A DNA stretch of 64,000 nucleotides from Candidatus Sumerlaeia bacterium (GCA_033764015.1 JANRJK010000014.1:32001-96000); one strand, 5' to 3'; positions 49,048-58,257 are shown, counted from the stretch's first letter. Notes: a model not told the origin generated them from the letters alone. Made by a program: numbers and translations.

Positions 49048-49896
49048 ATGAGCGACTTCGATCCGAACGAAACCCTGCGGCAGCTCTACGACCGTATCGA
49101 GGCGGCCAGCAGCGAAGGCCTCACCGAGGTCGCGCTGGCCCAGTGCGAGGAGGCCCTCGAACTGCTCGACGAGAACGAGGCCGAGGTCGAGGAGTTCACC
49201 CACGCCGACTTCCTGATGCTCGCCGGCCACACGCACTGGGTGGCGGGGAACCTCGAGGACGCGCAGCGCAGCTACCGCGGCGCCCTCGAGTACGAGCCGG
49301 ACCGCATCGACGCGCTGCTGGCGGTCGGCGTGACGCTGTTCCACCTTTGCCGCTTCGAAGCGGCCCGCGCGCAGCTCGAAGTGGTCAGCGCCGAGGAGCC
49401 CGAGGTCGGCGAGGCGTGGTACTACCTCGCCCTGCTGGCGCTGCGGCGCAACGACCCCGCGCTGGCGGACAATTTCTTCCGCCGCGCGAACGAACTCGAA
49501 CCGGAGCGCTGGGAACTCCCCGTGCAGCTACCCTTCGAGGAGGTCGTCGGCATCGTCCGCAATTTCTACAACGACATGCCGCCGGAGCTCCGCAAGGCGC
49601 TCGAGGGCGTCCCGATCCTCGCGGAGGAACGCCCCGCAGAGGCGCTCCTGTACTCGAACGATCCGCCGCTCGATCCGCTGCTGCTCGGGCTCTTCGACGG
49701 CACGCCGCTGCCGGAGCAGTCGGTCTTCAGCGTGGAGCTCGCGCCGCCGCACATCTACATCTTCACCGAGAACATCTCGCTGCTCGGCGGCACGCGCGAG
49801 AAGCTCGAGGAGGAGCTCTGGATCACGCTGAAGCACGAGATCGGGCACTACTTCGGGCTGAGCGAAGAGGAACTCGCCGAGCGCGGCCTCGAGTAG
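49048..49896 (+). CDS. TPR + zincin-like (DUF1025/Zincin_1) metallopeptidase
   Basis: TPR-like helices; LLGLFDGTP..PPHIYIF..; TLKHEIGHYFGL.E.EL..RGL. Confidence 0.88.
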   Translation: MSDFDPNETLRQLYDRIEAASSEGLTEVALAQCEEALELLDENEAEVEEFTHADFLMLAGHTHWVAGNLEDAQRSYRGALEYEPDRIDALLAVGVTLFHLCRFEAARAQLEVVSAEEPEVGEAWYYLALLALRRNDPALADNFFRRANELEPERWELPVQLPFEEVVGIVRNFYNDMPPELRKALEGVPILAEERPAEALLYSNDPPLDPLLLGLFDGTPLPEQSVFSVELAPPHIYIFTENISLLGGTREKLEEELWITLKHEIGHYFGLSEEELAERGLE

Positions 49897-49904
49897 CCCG
49901 GCCC

Positions 49905-50240
49905 ATGGACCGCGCCCGTCCGGACCGCGCGGAGCTGTTCGGCTTCTACTACCTCGGCCTGCGGCCGGACGGCACCTACAAGTACTCCAACGCGCACCAG
50001 GTCGCCGCGTGGTACCGCGTGAGCTCGGACGCGGTGCTCGGCTGGCTCGACGAGTACGGGCTGTCGCCCTCCGTCGTCGCGCGCAAGCGGATCGAAATCA
50101 CCGGCTGGAGCGTGGACATCCAGCTCGACCTGCCGAACCTCGAGCCGGAGGGCGTCCGCCGCCGCGTCGCCGAGGCGATGGAGGCCTTCGACGAGGCGTC
50201 CGGGGGGCGGCACCCCTGGCGCGACGGGCCGATCAGCTAG
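49905..50240 (+). CDS. Hypothetical protein (111 aa)
   Basis: [18 protein letters not shown]...; typical codon usage; directly follows the zincin gene. Confidence 0.6.
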   Translation: MDRARPDRAELFGFYYLGLRPDGTYKYSNAHQVAAWYRVSSDAVLGWLDEYGLSPSVVARKRIEITGWSVDIQLDLPNLEPEGVRRRVAEAMEAFDEASGGRHPWRDGPIS

Positions 50241-50244
50241 CGGG

Positions 50245-51609
50245 CTAGACTTCCATGCGGCGCCCGGCGGAGAGCGCCTCCACCTGCGCGTCGAAGGTGT
50301 CCGTGGCGGCCTGGGCGAGGCCCGGGTCCGCCTCGACCTCCGGCACGCGGCGGACGACGGCGCCGAGCTGGCGCAGCTTGCTGTCCATGTACTCGTAGCC
50401 GCGCTCGACGTGGTACACGCGGCGCACCTGCGAGGTGCCGTGGGCGGCCAGCGCCGCCATCACCAGCGCCGCGCCCGCGCGCAGGTCGCTCGCCATCACC
50501 GCCGCGCCCTGCAGCGCCGCGACGCCCTCGATCGAGACCAGGCTCTTTTCGCGCGAGACCTTCGCGCCGAGGCGGTTCAGCTCCGGCACCTGGTTGAAGC
50601 GGTCCTGGTAGATGGTCTCGCGGATCTGCGAGACGCCCGGCGTCAGCGCCAGCAGCGTGGTGAAGACGCTCTGCATGTCGGTCGGGAAGCCGGGCCACGG
50701 CTCGGTGACGATCTTCAGCGGGCGCTTCGCGTCCTTGCCGCGGCGCACGCGGAGGCAGCCGGCCTCGGGCTCGCTGAAGTCCGCGCCCCAGAGCACCGCC
50801 TCGGTGATCACCGGCTCGAGCGTTTCGACCGAGACGTTCTCGAGGGTGACATCGCCGTGGGTCGCCAGCGCGCCGATCAGGTAGGTGCCGGCCTCGATGC
50901 GGTCCGGCGAAACGGTCCAGTCCACGGGGCGCAGCTTGTTGACGCCTTCGACGCGGATGCGGTTCGTGCCGAGGCCGTCGATCTTGGCGCCCATGGCCTG
51001 CAGCATCATGCCGACCTCGACCACTTCCGGCTCGCGGGCGGCGTCGTCGATGGTCGTCGAGCCTTCGGCGAAGGCGGCGACCATCATCACGTTGATCGTC
51101 GCGCCGACGCTGGTGCCGTTGGGTCCCATGAGGGAAAGCCGCGCGCCGACCAGCCCGCGGTGCCGCGCGTGGATGTAGCCGGCGTTGCGCGAGAGCCCCG
51201 CGCCGAGCGCCTTGAAGCCCTCGAGGTGCAGGTCCACCGGCCGGTCGCCGATGGCGCAGCCGCCCGGGAGCGACACGCGCGCGCGGCCCAGCTTCGCGAG
51301 CATCGGCCCCATCGCGTAGAAGGACGCGCGCATCTTGCTCATGATGTCGTAGGGCACCAGGTCCACCGAGAACCCGGCCGGGTCGACGATCACCGCGTTG
51401 CCGCACATGGTGACGTGCGCGCCGAGGTGCTCGATCAGGCGGATCATGTGGAGCGTGTCGCGGAGGATCGGCACGTTCCGCAGCGTGCTGGGTCCGTCGG
51501 CGAGCAGCGCGGCGGCGAGCAGCGCGAGGCTGGCGTTCTTCGAGCCACTGATGCGGACGCGGCCCTGGAGCGGGCGCGCTCCTTCGATTTCGTACATCCA
51601 GAGCGGCAT
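50245..51609 (-). CDS. murA: UDP-N-acetylglucosamine 1-carboxyvinyltransferase
   Basis: SGSKNA, MRAS, LPGGCAIGDRPVDLH (catalytic Cys), SVGAT.N, AAREPE, PDRIEAGT, PGFPTDMQ, DLRAGA. Confidence 0.97.
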   Translation of the reverse strand: MPLWMYEIEGARPLQGRVRISGSKNASLALLAAALLADGPSTLRNVPILRDTLHMIRLIEHLGAHVTMCGNAVIVDPAGFSVDLVPYDIMSKMRASFYAMGPMLAKLGRARVSLPGGCAIGDRPVDLHLEGFKALGAGLSRNAGYIHARHRGLVGARLSLMGPNGTSVGATINVMMVAAFAEGSTTIDDAAREPEVVEVGMMLQAMGAKIDGLGTNRIRVEGVNKLRPVDWTVSPDRIEAGTYLIGALATHGDVTLENVSVETLEPVITEAVLWGADFSEPEAGCLRVRRGKDAKRPLKIVTEPWPGFPTDMQSVFTTLLALTPGVSQIRETIYQDRFNQVPELNRLGAKVSREKSLVSIEGVAALQGAAVMASDLRAGAALVMAALAAHGTSQVRRVYHVERGYEYMDSKLRQLGAVVRRVPEVEADPGLAQAATDTFDAQVEALSAGRRMEV

Positions 51610-51726
51610 GGCTGGCGACCTCGGCGTCGGCGGGGGGCGGCGGCGCCGGATGCGCCGCGCCCGCGGGGATTTCGTCCCGCCAGCGCGCGGCTTTTCCATG
51701 AACACTGTCAAGTTCTACGGGGGCGG

Positions 51727-51769
51727 AAAAAGCGAGGGGGGCGGCCGCCAGCGGCGACCGCCCCCCCGC
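51727..51769 (-). terminator. Probable intrinsic terminator after efp
   Basis: On the minus strand a GC hairpin (GGGGGGCGGTCGCC-GCT-GGCGGCCGCCCCCC) is followed by TCGCTTTTT. Confidence 0.6.
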
Positions 51770-51804
51770 AAGCCCTTCGGCGCCCCGGAGGGCGCCCGCC
51801 GCGG

Positions 51805-52374
51805 CTACGCGCGGTCCACGTACATGCCGTCGTCCGTGCTGATGCGCACCGAATCGCCGATCTTGATGAAGCCCGGCACCTGCAGCTTGTAGCCGGTCTC
51901 GATCGTCGCTTCCTTCAGGATCTGGTTCGCGGAGTTGCCCTTGGTCACTTCGTCGATCGTGTCGACCACCTTGAAGGCGATCTTCGGCGGGAGCAGCAGC
52001 GACACGGGACGGTTCTCCCAGAACGCCACGATCACCTCGGTGTCGGGCACCAGGAAGTTCGCCTGGATGCCGAGGAACTCGCCGGAGACGGTGAACTGCT
52101 CGTAGCTGGTCAGCTCCATGAAGTGGTAGCCGTCCTGGTCGCTGTAGAGGAAGTTGCAGGTCTTCGTCTCGTAGTCCGCTTCCTGGATGTCGAACTTGCC
52201 GCCGCGGAAGGTCATCTCGACCACGCGGCCGTCCAGCAGGCTCTTCATCTTCGTGCGGACGAAGCTGCGGAGGTTGCCCGGCGTGCGGAGTTCGTACTCC
52301 GTGACCTGGTAGAGGGTGCCTTCGATAACGACCTTCATGCCCGCTCGGAGGCTGTTCGGATCGACCTGTGCCAT
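51805..52374 (-). CDS. efp: Translation elongation factor P (PGNLR loop)
   Basis: LRAGM.V..EG; TPGNLRSFVRTKMK; FLY.D...YHFM...YEQ; K.A.IETG....VP.FIK.GD..RI.T..G.YV.R. Confidence 0.96.
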   Translation of the reverse strand: MAQVDPNSLRAGMKVVIEGTLYQVTEYELRTPGNLRSFVRTKMKSLLDGRVVEMTFRGGKFDIQEADYETKTCNFLYSDQDGYHFMELTSYEQFTVSGEFLGIQANFLVPDTEVIVAFWENRPVSLLLPPKIAFKVVDTIDEVTKGNSANQILKEATIETGYKLQVPGFIKIGDSVRISTDDGMYVDRA

Positions 52375-52460
52375 GGGGGTTTCCTGTTCGTTGTAGGGCG
52401 CGCGCGAAAGGGGCCGCGGGGCGCCGTTTTCCCCACTGAATGCGTCCCGCGCGGGGCGAG

Positions 52461-52961
52461 TCAACCGGGGACGGCGCGGACGCGGCGCACCCCGGGGCCG
52501 CCGCCGGGCGGGTCGGGTGGAGGTGTCCCCGGACCGGAGGCACCATCGGGGTCTCGCATCTGGCGGAGGTCCGCCTCGAACCGGGACTCCATGAAGCGAT
52601 GGTACAGTGGAGTGTGTGTGACCACCGGATTCGGGAGCACCCAGTCGCCTTCGAGGAATGGTACTGCGAAGGGGAGCATGCCAACCAGGAGGAGCAGGGA
52701 CATGGCTGCGGCCAGCAACTTCCCCCCTCGCGCGCGAAGCACGGTAAGGAGGGCGCAGAGCTGGATCGACAGCAGTAGCGCAATCCCGAAAGAGGTCATT
52801 TCCACCATGCTTGAGAAGTTCGGCATGAAGACGGGTGCCACCATGATGGCGAATCCCAACAGGGCGCGCGGCGCCTCGCCGGGCGAAGCGGGAAGTATCC
52901 AAGGCTCGCGGGGCGGGCCATACGGCCCCTCCCGCCCCGCGACTTGCTGCTCAGACTCCAT
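52461..52961 (-). CDS. Hypothetical small membrane protein (about 3 TM)
   Basis: GGAGG upstream; three hydrophobic segments; somewhat AT-richer codons. Confidence 0.45.
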   Translation of the reverse strand: MESEQQVAGREGPYGPPREPWILPASPGEAPRALLGFAIMVAPVFMPNFSSMVEMTSFGIALLLSIQLCALLTVLRARGGKLLAAAMSLLLLVGMLPFAVPFLEGDWVLPNPVVTHTPLYHRFMESRFEADLRQMRDPDGASGPGTPPPDPPGGGPGVRRVRAVPG

Positions 52962-53015
52962 CGGACCGCTTCCTCCAATCTGTTAGCAGGAGCCTGCGGC
53001 CCGACCCCGGGCCGC

Positions 53016-54758
53016 TCACCCCGGCCCGTTGGGGCGCCGCGCGACGTGGAAGACGTCGGCGGGCAGCTCGCGCCCGATGGACGTGTTGCGGCGGATGATG
53101 TCGCTCAGCCGCGTCCGGTTCACCTCCGCCGCGACCTCCCGGGGCAGGTAGGACTGGTACCAGAACCGGTCGCCGTCGCGGAGCGCCTCGAACTGCTCCG
53201 TGATGAGGAAGAACAGCGTCTCGCCCACCATGGCGCCCGGGACGTGGTCCTCGCAGAGCGCCGTCACCCACAGGTCCGCCTGCTCCGGCGAGTCGTACAC
53301 GGAGGCGAGCGCCGCCCGCAGCGCGGGGTTGCGGGTCACGTCGCGCCAGCCGCGCGCGGGGCGGAGGCCGACTTGGCGGCGCACCTCGTTGTACGACGGC
53401 AGGCCGTGGTCGCGGCCGCGCTGGAGGTTCAGCGATGCCAGGTCGAAGCCCCCCGCGCCCGGCGCCCCGAACAGGAAGTTCCGCACGTCGCCGACGATGA
53501 AGTTGTCGATCTCCTGGCAGCGCTGCGACGCGAGGCCGCGGAGGATCGAGTCGATGCCGTGCTCCTCGATCTCGGCGATGGCGAAGAAGGAGTCCGCCAG
53601 CGCGATCGGCCCTTCCGGCGCGTCGGCGCCGTCCGGCCCCTTCCGCTGGAGGTCCGGCGACAGCATCGTGTGGCCCACGCGGAACGCCGCCGCGGCGAAC
53701 TCGTTGGCGACCATCGGCTCCAGGTCCTCACGGTAGCCGCGCCACGGCGCGAGCGCGCGCGGGCCCAGCAGCGCCGGCAGGAACTCGTTGTAGGTGACCG
53801 CCTGCATCTCGCCCGCCACCACCGCGCGGGCCCGCTGGTAGATCGTCTCGTCGTCCAGCGGCTCCGCGCCCGGGTTCGCCATGGCGTGCTCCCGCGCGAT
53901 CCGCTCCGCCCACCAGTTGTGCTCGCGGACGAAGAGCGTGTGCATCGCGGTGAGGCCGATCTGCTCGTTCACCCGCACGTCGCCGGCGAAGAAGAAGGTT
54001 GGGATCTGGCCGGAGGGAGCGTTCGGGAAGCCCTCCGTGTTGTACGGCAGCAGTCCGCCCTCGCTGGTCTTCAGCTTCCCCGTCCCGTCGAGCGTCCGCA
54101 GCGCGAGCGCGCGGGCGTCATCCGATCCGTAGACATGGGACGCGTCGACGAAGGCGGTGAGGAAGTTCACCTGCTGGCGCGCGCCGGCTTCGTCGCGCTC
54201 GTAGTGCGAACGGCTGAGCGCGATCGTCGCGGTGCCCGTGCCCGACGGGTCGAACCACGGGTCGCCGGCGGGGACCGGGACCGGGAAGGCCTCGGTGGGC
54301 GAGGCGAGCGGGGTCTCGGTCACGTCGTGGTCGATGAACTGGCCCCACTGCCAGAGGTAGTCGCTCGCCCGCATGCGGTTCTCGATCGATTCGGACTGCG
54401 CGCAGATCGCGTTGGAGACCTCGCGGGCCCCGGGGCGGTCGGCGCCGGAGGGCGCGTCGGTCCCGTCCTCGTAGGCGGCGTCGGCAAGGCGGAGGAACGG
54501 CGTTTCCGCGGCGCCCCACTCGGGATGCGTCGGGTTGTTGCCTTGGCCGGTGATCGTGCGGAACTCGGCGAGTCGAGCGAGCGCGGCCGTCAGCGGCGGA
54601 CGGCGCGGCGGACGGGGCCGCGCGCTGTCGCGGACCGAGTCGCCGATCGCGGCGGTCGTCTCGCCGCCGGTGCGGTCGGGGGCGCTCTGCTGGGCCGGGG
54701 AAAGCCCGGCGAGGGCCGCCGCCGCGAGGAGTGTCGGGAGGGTTCTGAGGTGCTTCAT
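53016..54758 (-). CDS. Secreted heme peroxidase, peroxidase-cyclooxygenase superfamily (LPO/MPO-like)
   Basis: GNNP.HP.WG, WGQFIDHD, TAFVDASHVYGS, AGDVRVNE, HTLFVREHN, FRVGH, QRGRDHGLP, GDRFWY; signal peptide; AGGAG RBS. Confidence 0.95.
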   Translation of the reverse strand: MKHLRTLPTLLAAAALAGLSPAQQSAPDRTGGETTAAIGDSVRDSARPRPPRRPPLTAALARLAEFRTITGQGNNPTHPEWGAAETPFLRLADAAYEDGTDAPSGADRPGAREVSNAICAQSESIENRMRASDYLWQWGQFIDHDVTETPLASPTEAFPVPVPAGDPWFDPSGTGTATIALSRSHYERDEAGARQQVNFLTAFVDASHVYGSDDARALALRTLDGTGKLKTSEGGLLPYNTEGFPNAPSGQIPTFFFAGDVRVNEQIGLTAMHTLFVREHNWWAERIAREHAMANPGAEPLDDETIYQRARAVVAGEMQAVTYNEFLPALLGPRALAPWRGYREDLEPMVANEFAAAAFRVGHTMLSPDLQRKGPDGADAPEGPIALADSFFAIAEIEEHGIDSILRGLASQRCQEIDNFIVGDVRNFLFGAPGAGGFDLASLNLQRGRDHGLPSYNEVRRQVGLRPARGWRDVTRNPALRAALASVYDSPEQADLWVTALCEDHVPGAMVGETLFFLITEQFEALRDGDRFWYQSYLPREVAAEVNRTRLSDIIRRNTSIGRELPADVFHVARRPNGPG

Positions 54759-54999
54759 GGGGTGCTCTCCTGTGTGGAGTTGGCGGTGTGCTGCGCCTCC
54801 GGACAGGGCAGCGCGCGTGCCGCCGCCCGGTGTGTTGCGCGGGTGCAACGGAGTGGTGCCGCCGCAGCCCCGGGGAGGGTGCGAGGGCACTCTTGGATTC
54901 CGGATTTCCGGCGGAAACGTTGCATTTCCGCGACTCCTCAATTGCCGTTGATTTACCAATCGGTCGCGCGCTGTCCGCCGCGTACCAAATGGTACACCG

Positions 55000-56742
55000 T
55001 CAGCGCAGGATCCACCCGCTCGCCGTCGGCGGCGGCGCGTCGTAGAACAGCTCCACGAACTCGTTCGCGAACTCCGCGGCGTCGGCGAACTCTGTGATCA
55101 CCACGCGCCCGGTGTTGTTGCGTGTGCCCGTGTAGAGCCCCGGCGTCGCGTTGCCGAGTGTGGAAATCGGGTACGCGGTGAACGTCGTTCCCGCGGTTGT
55201 GTCGCGCCGGTAGCCGTTCGTGGTGGAGATGCCCGCCGCCGGCACGTGGCCGCTCGTGGGCGGATCGACGTTCTGCGCCGACGGGTTGAGGAGCCGGAAG
55301 CGCTCGTCGCCGTTGATCGCGATGCTCGCGTCACCGCTGTCGAGGTAGAGCACGTCCGGCGCGAGCGTCCGCGACCACGCGGTCTCGAAACCCGCCCTGT
55401 TCACATCGCGCCCGATCACGAGCACTTGGCCGGGCTGGATCATCGTGTTCGCCGGAATCGTGTATGTGCGAGTCGAGTTGATCTGCTCGACCACGTAGCC
55501 GCCGATGTCGATCGGCGTGCCGCCGGGGCCGCCCTGGCTGGATTGCGTGGTTCCCGACAGCGAGACGTTGAAGCTCGCCGGCGAGCCGTTGGTCGTGATC
55601 GTCGCGGTGACGTTGCGCGTCGCTCCATCGTTCGCGACGGGCGTCCAGCGGAACGCGAGCGCCTGCGCCGAACCGATCGCGGCGGGGAGCGTGGGCGTGG
55701 CGAGGGAGAACTCCGAAGCGCTCGCGCCGGAGAATGTTGCGCCGGTCAGCGTCACCGGGTTCGCCGGCGTCACCGTCACGGTGCTGTTGGTGAACGGTCC
55801 CGACATGGCGTTGACCGTGCCGAAGGCCACGCTGGTCGGCGACACGGAGTAGTCGTCGCCGCCGCCGGTGCCCCCGGGGATGGCGAAGGTGCGCAGCACC
55901 GCCATGTGCTGCATGTTCGTGGCGCCGCTGTCGCCCGTCAGCGCGGGGCTGAACGCGGCGTTCAATTCCGCCTGCGAGTAGTCCCGCGTGTCGAAGACGA
56001 GGCCGTTGGGATAGCTGAAGCTCCCGTAGGTGGTCGTCACCTCCCGGCTGTCCAGGTTCGGGTTCGCCAGCATCCAGTCGTATGGCTTGCTGCGGCCCGC
56101 GTTGGTGTTGCCGCTTCCGTCCTCGCCGACCGGGAAGGGGGAGGACGTGACGACACGCGCGGAGAGGGTCGAGATGCAGGACTCGGTGCGGCTGTCGGTG
56201 TTGAAGTCGCCGCCGATCGCCAGGTAGGCGTTCTGGGGGAGGCCGAGGGTGGGCAGGTAGGTGTTCACGATGAGCTGCGCCTCGGTGTTGCGGACGCCGG
56301 AGCCGCTCGTGAGGAAGTGGACGCTCACCACCCACAGGTCGATGTCGCCCGGGATGTCGATCCGGGCCCAGGCGAAGTCGCGGTTCGACACCTGCGTGTC
56401 GTCCCACTCGCCCGATGCGATGATCGGGTAGCGGCTGATGACGCCGTTGGGAATCTGGGCGCCGGCCTCGCGGTACCATTGGAACCCGGTCCCGAAGGTG
56501 GAGTCGACGAATGCTTCGACGGCGGCGTCGTTGTTCGATCCGCCGACGTTGAACTCCTGGATCAGCACCACATCGGCATCGAGCGCTTGGAAGATCCGGA
56601 TGCCCGGGTCTTCGTATCCCTGCCCGTTGCCGCTGGTGGTGTTCGCGGCGACGATGCGCAGGTTGGTGGTCTGCGCGGACGCGGCCGCGGCCAGCGCAAG
56701 CAGCGCGGCGGCGACTCCGGCAAGGTGACGGGCTGCGGGCAT
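55000..56742 (-). CDS. Secreted endonuclease/exonuclease/phosphatase-family protein + Ig-like + lamin-tail-like domains, tail PTASGWILR
   Basis: AAN, DVVLIQE, NGVISRYPI, SVH, GGDFN, YD, QH; VSPTSVAFG..TITTN Ig-like module; YTIPANTMIQPGQVLVI. Confidence 0.82.
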   Translation of the reverse strand: MPAARHLAGVAAALLALAAAASAQTTNLRIVAANTTSGNGQGYEDPGIRIFQALDADVVLIQEFNVGGSNNDAAVEAFVDSTFGTGFQWYREAGAQIPNGVISRYPIIASGEWDDTQVSNRDFAWARIDIPGDIDLWVVSVHFLTSGSGVRNTEAQLIVNTYLPTLGLPQNAYLAIGGDFNTDSRTESCISTLSARVVTSSPFPVGEDGSGNTNAGRSKPYDWMLANPNLDSREVTTTYGSFSYPNGLVFDTRDYSQAELNAAFSPALTGDSGATNMQHMAVLRTFAIPGGTGGGDDYSVSPTSVAFGTVNAMSGPFTNSTVTVTPANPVTLTGATFSGASASEFSLATPTLPAAIGSAQALAFRWTPVANDGATRNVTATITTNGSPASFNVSLSGTTQSSQGGPGGTPIDIGGYVVEQINSTRTYTIPANTMIQPGQVLVIGRDVNRAGFETAWSRTLAPDVLYLDSGDASIAINGDERFRLLNPSAQNVDPPTSGHVPAAGISTTNGYRRDTTAGTTFTAYPISTLGNATPGLYTGTRNNTGRVVITEFADAAEFANEFVELFYDAPPPTASGWILR

Positions 56743-56859
56743 GGCGTGGGGCTCCAGTGGGGTTGGACAAAAGGGACCACAATGGGCGCCGCGGGGAAAC
56801 ACGATTCTCCCCGCGCCCCGCGACCAACATCGCGGGACGCGGGAGTTCCCAAGCCGGAC

Positions 56860-57822
56860 CTAAACCCCGGCGGACGCCAGCAGTCCGTCCAGCTTCCCGT
56901 AGCCCGCCGACATGCCCTCGTCCATGCCCGAGGCGAGCATCCCGTCGCGCGCCTCGCGGGACGGAAACTCGATGAGCAGTCGGAGCGCCGTCCGACCCGC
57001 GGGTCGTTCTTCGAGCGTCATTGTCACGAGCTGCTCGCCCGCCTGCGGCTGGCAGCCGAACTCGAAGCGCTCCGTCCGGACGATCCGTTCCGGATGCGCG
57101 ACCTCGCGGTACTCGCCACCCATCGCCATGACCGGTGCCCCCGCAGAGTCGACCCAAGCCCACTGGAACCGGCCGCCGGGGCGGACGTCTTCGGCGCACT
57201 CCGACATTCTCCAGCCCGGGGGGAGGAACATCCAGCGCTCGAGCAGCGCGGGCTCCGTCATCGCCCGCCAGACCAACTCCCGCGAGGCGTCGAAGTCGCG
57301 GGCGATGATGATCTCGCGGTCGGAGGGGAGCGCCACGCACACCGGCGCGGGGCCGGAGTCGGCGCAGAGCCGGCCAAGACGGCTCACTGTCCCGATGCCG
57401 CCTTCGATGGCGCCGACCTCGCGGATTACCCGGTCCCGGTCCTCGGCGGACTTGAACATCATCCGGAGCGTCATCGAGCATTGGCCCTCCGCGAGCCGCT
57501 CGAACCGGACCTCGGTGCGGAACGCGACCTCGTCGGGCGCGCCCGCTTGGCTGTAGACGATGCGCGCGTTCTCCTCGATGACCTCGTAGCGGACGAAGTT
57601 GGGCCATACGCGGCCATCCGGCCCGGTCATGAGGAACTCCCAGACGCCCCCCTCCCGGAACTCCATCCGCGAGGTGTCGGTGGTGAAGCCGTCCGGACCG
57701 AACCACTTGCCGATCAACGCCGGGTCGGACCACGCGCGCCAAAGCTGGGGGATCGTCGCATGGAAGGACCTCTTGATGATGATCTCCCGGTCCTCGGTGG
57801 ATACTGTGGCGGCTTGCGTCAT
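56860..57822 (-). CDS. Tandem SRPBCC/AHSA1 domain protein
   Basis: Two repeats: DREIII.R.F.A..W.A.(S/T).P.L...W..P..GG...Y.....RIV. Confidence 0.9.
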   Translation of the reverse strand: MTQAATVSTEDREIIIKRSFHATIPQLWRAWSDPALIGKWFGPDGFTTDTSRMEFREGGVWEFLMTGPDGRVWPNFVRYEVIEENARIVYSQAGAPDEVAFRTEVRFERLAEGQCSMTLRMMFKSAEDRDRVIREVGAIEGGIGTVSRLGRLCADSGPAPVCVALPSDREIIIARDFDASRELVWRAMTEPALLERWMFLPPGWRMSECAEDVRPGGRFQWAWVDSAGAPVMAMGGEYREVAHPERIVRTERFEFGCQPQAGEQLVTMTLEERPAGRTALRLLIEFPSREARDGMLASGMDEGMSAGYGKLDGLLASAGV

Positions 57823-58193
57823 TGCTCGCTCCTCTTCTTTCCGGCGCGCTTGGGCGCGGGGGGTGTGGGTTCTGCGGCCAGGTCCTTCAACACGTCGTCG
57901 AGGCGCTGGAACCGCGCCTCCCAGAACTGGCGGTAGCCTTCCAGCCAGCGCGCCGCCTCTTCCAGCTTCGCTGCGTCAAGGCGCCTTGGCCGCCGCTGGG
58001 CGGACTGCCCCGCGGCGACGAGTCCGGCGCGCTCGAGCACCCGCAGGTGCTTCGAGATCGCCGGCTGGCTCATGGCGAACGGCTCCGCAAGCTCCGCGAC
58101 CGAGGCGGACCCCCTGGACAGCCGCGCTAGGATCGCTCGCCGGGTCGGGTCCGCGAGCGCTTGGAAGGTGAGGCTGAGTGCGTCGTTCCGCAT
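57819..58193 (-). CDS. ArsR/SmtB family regulator (SRPBCC-associated type)
   Basis: FQALADPTRRAIL..L; ELAEPF.MSQPAISKHLRVLERAGLV; WL..Y..FW..RF..LD; ATGA coupling. Confidence 0.95.
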   Translation of the reverse strand: MRNDALSLTFQALADPTRRAILARLSRGSASVAELAEPFAMSQPAISKHLRVLERAGLVAAGQSAQRRPRRLDAAKLEEAARWLEGYRQFWEARFQRLDDVLKDLAAEPTPPAPKRAGKKRSEQ

Positions 58194-58197
58194 GTCG

Positions 58198-58257
58198 AAT
58201 AACCTTTCAGTTCAAGAACCGTTTGGTTATTGAATTGGAGGGCACCCGCCCGGTCAA
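58198..58257 (-). promoter_or_regulatory. Sigma70-like promoter with overlapping ArsR operator
   Basis: TTGACC (58257-58252)-17 bp-TTCAAT; inverted repeat AATAACC..GGTTATT (58198-58231) containing two AACC-N4/5-GTT boxes. Confidence 0.6.
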
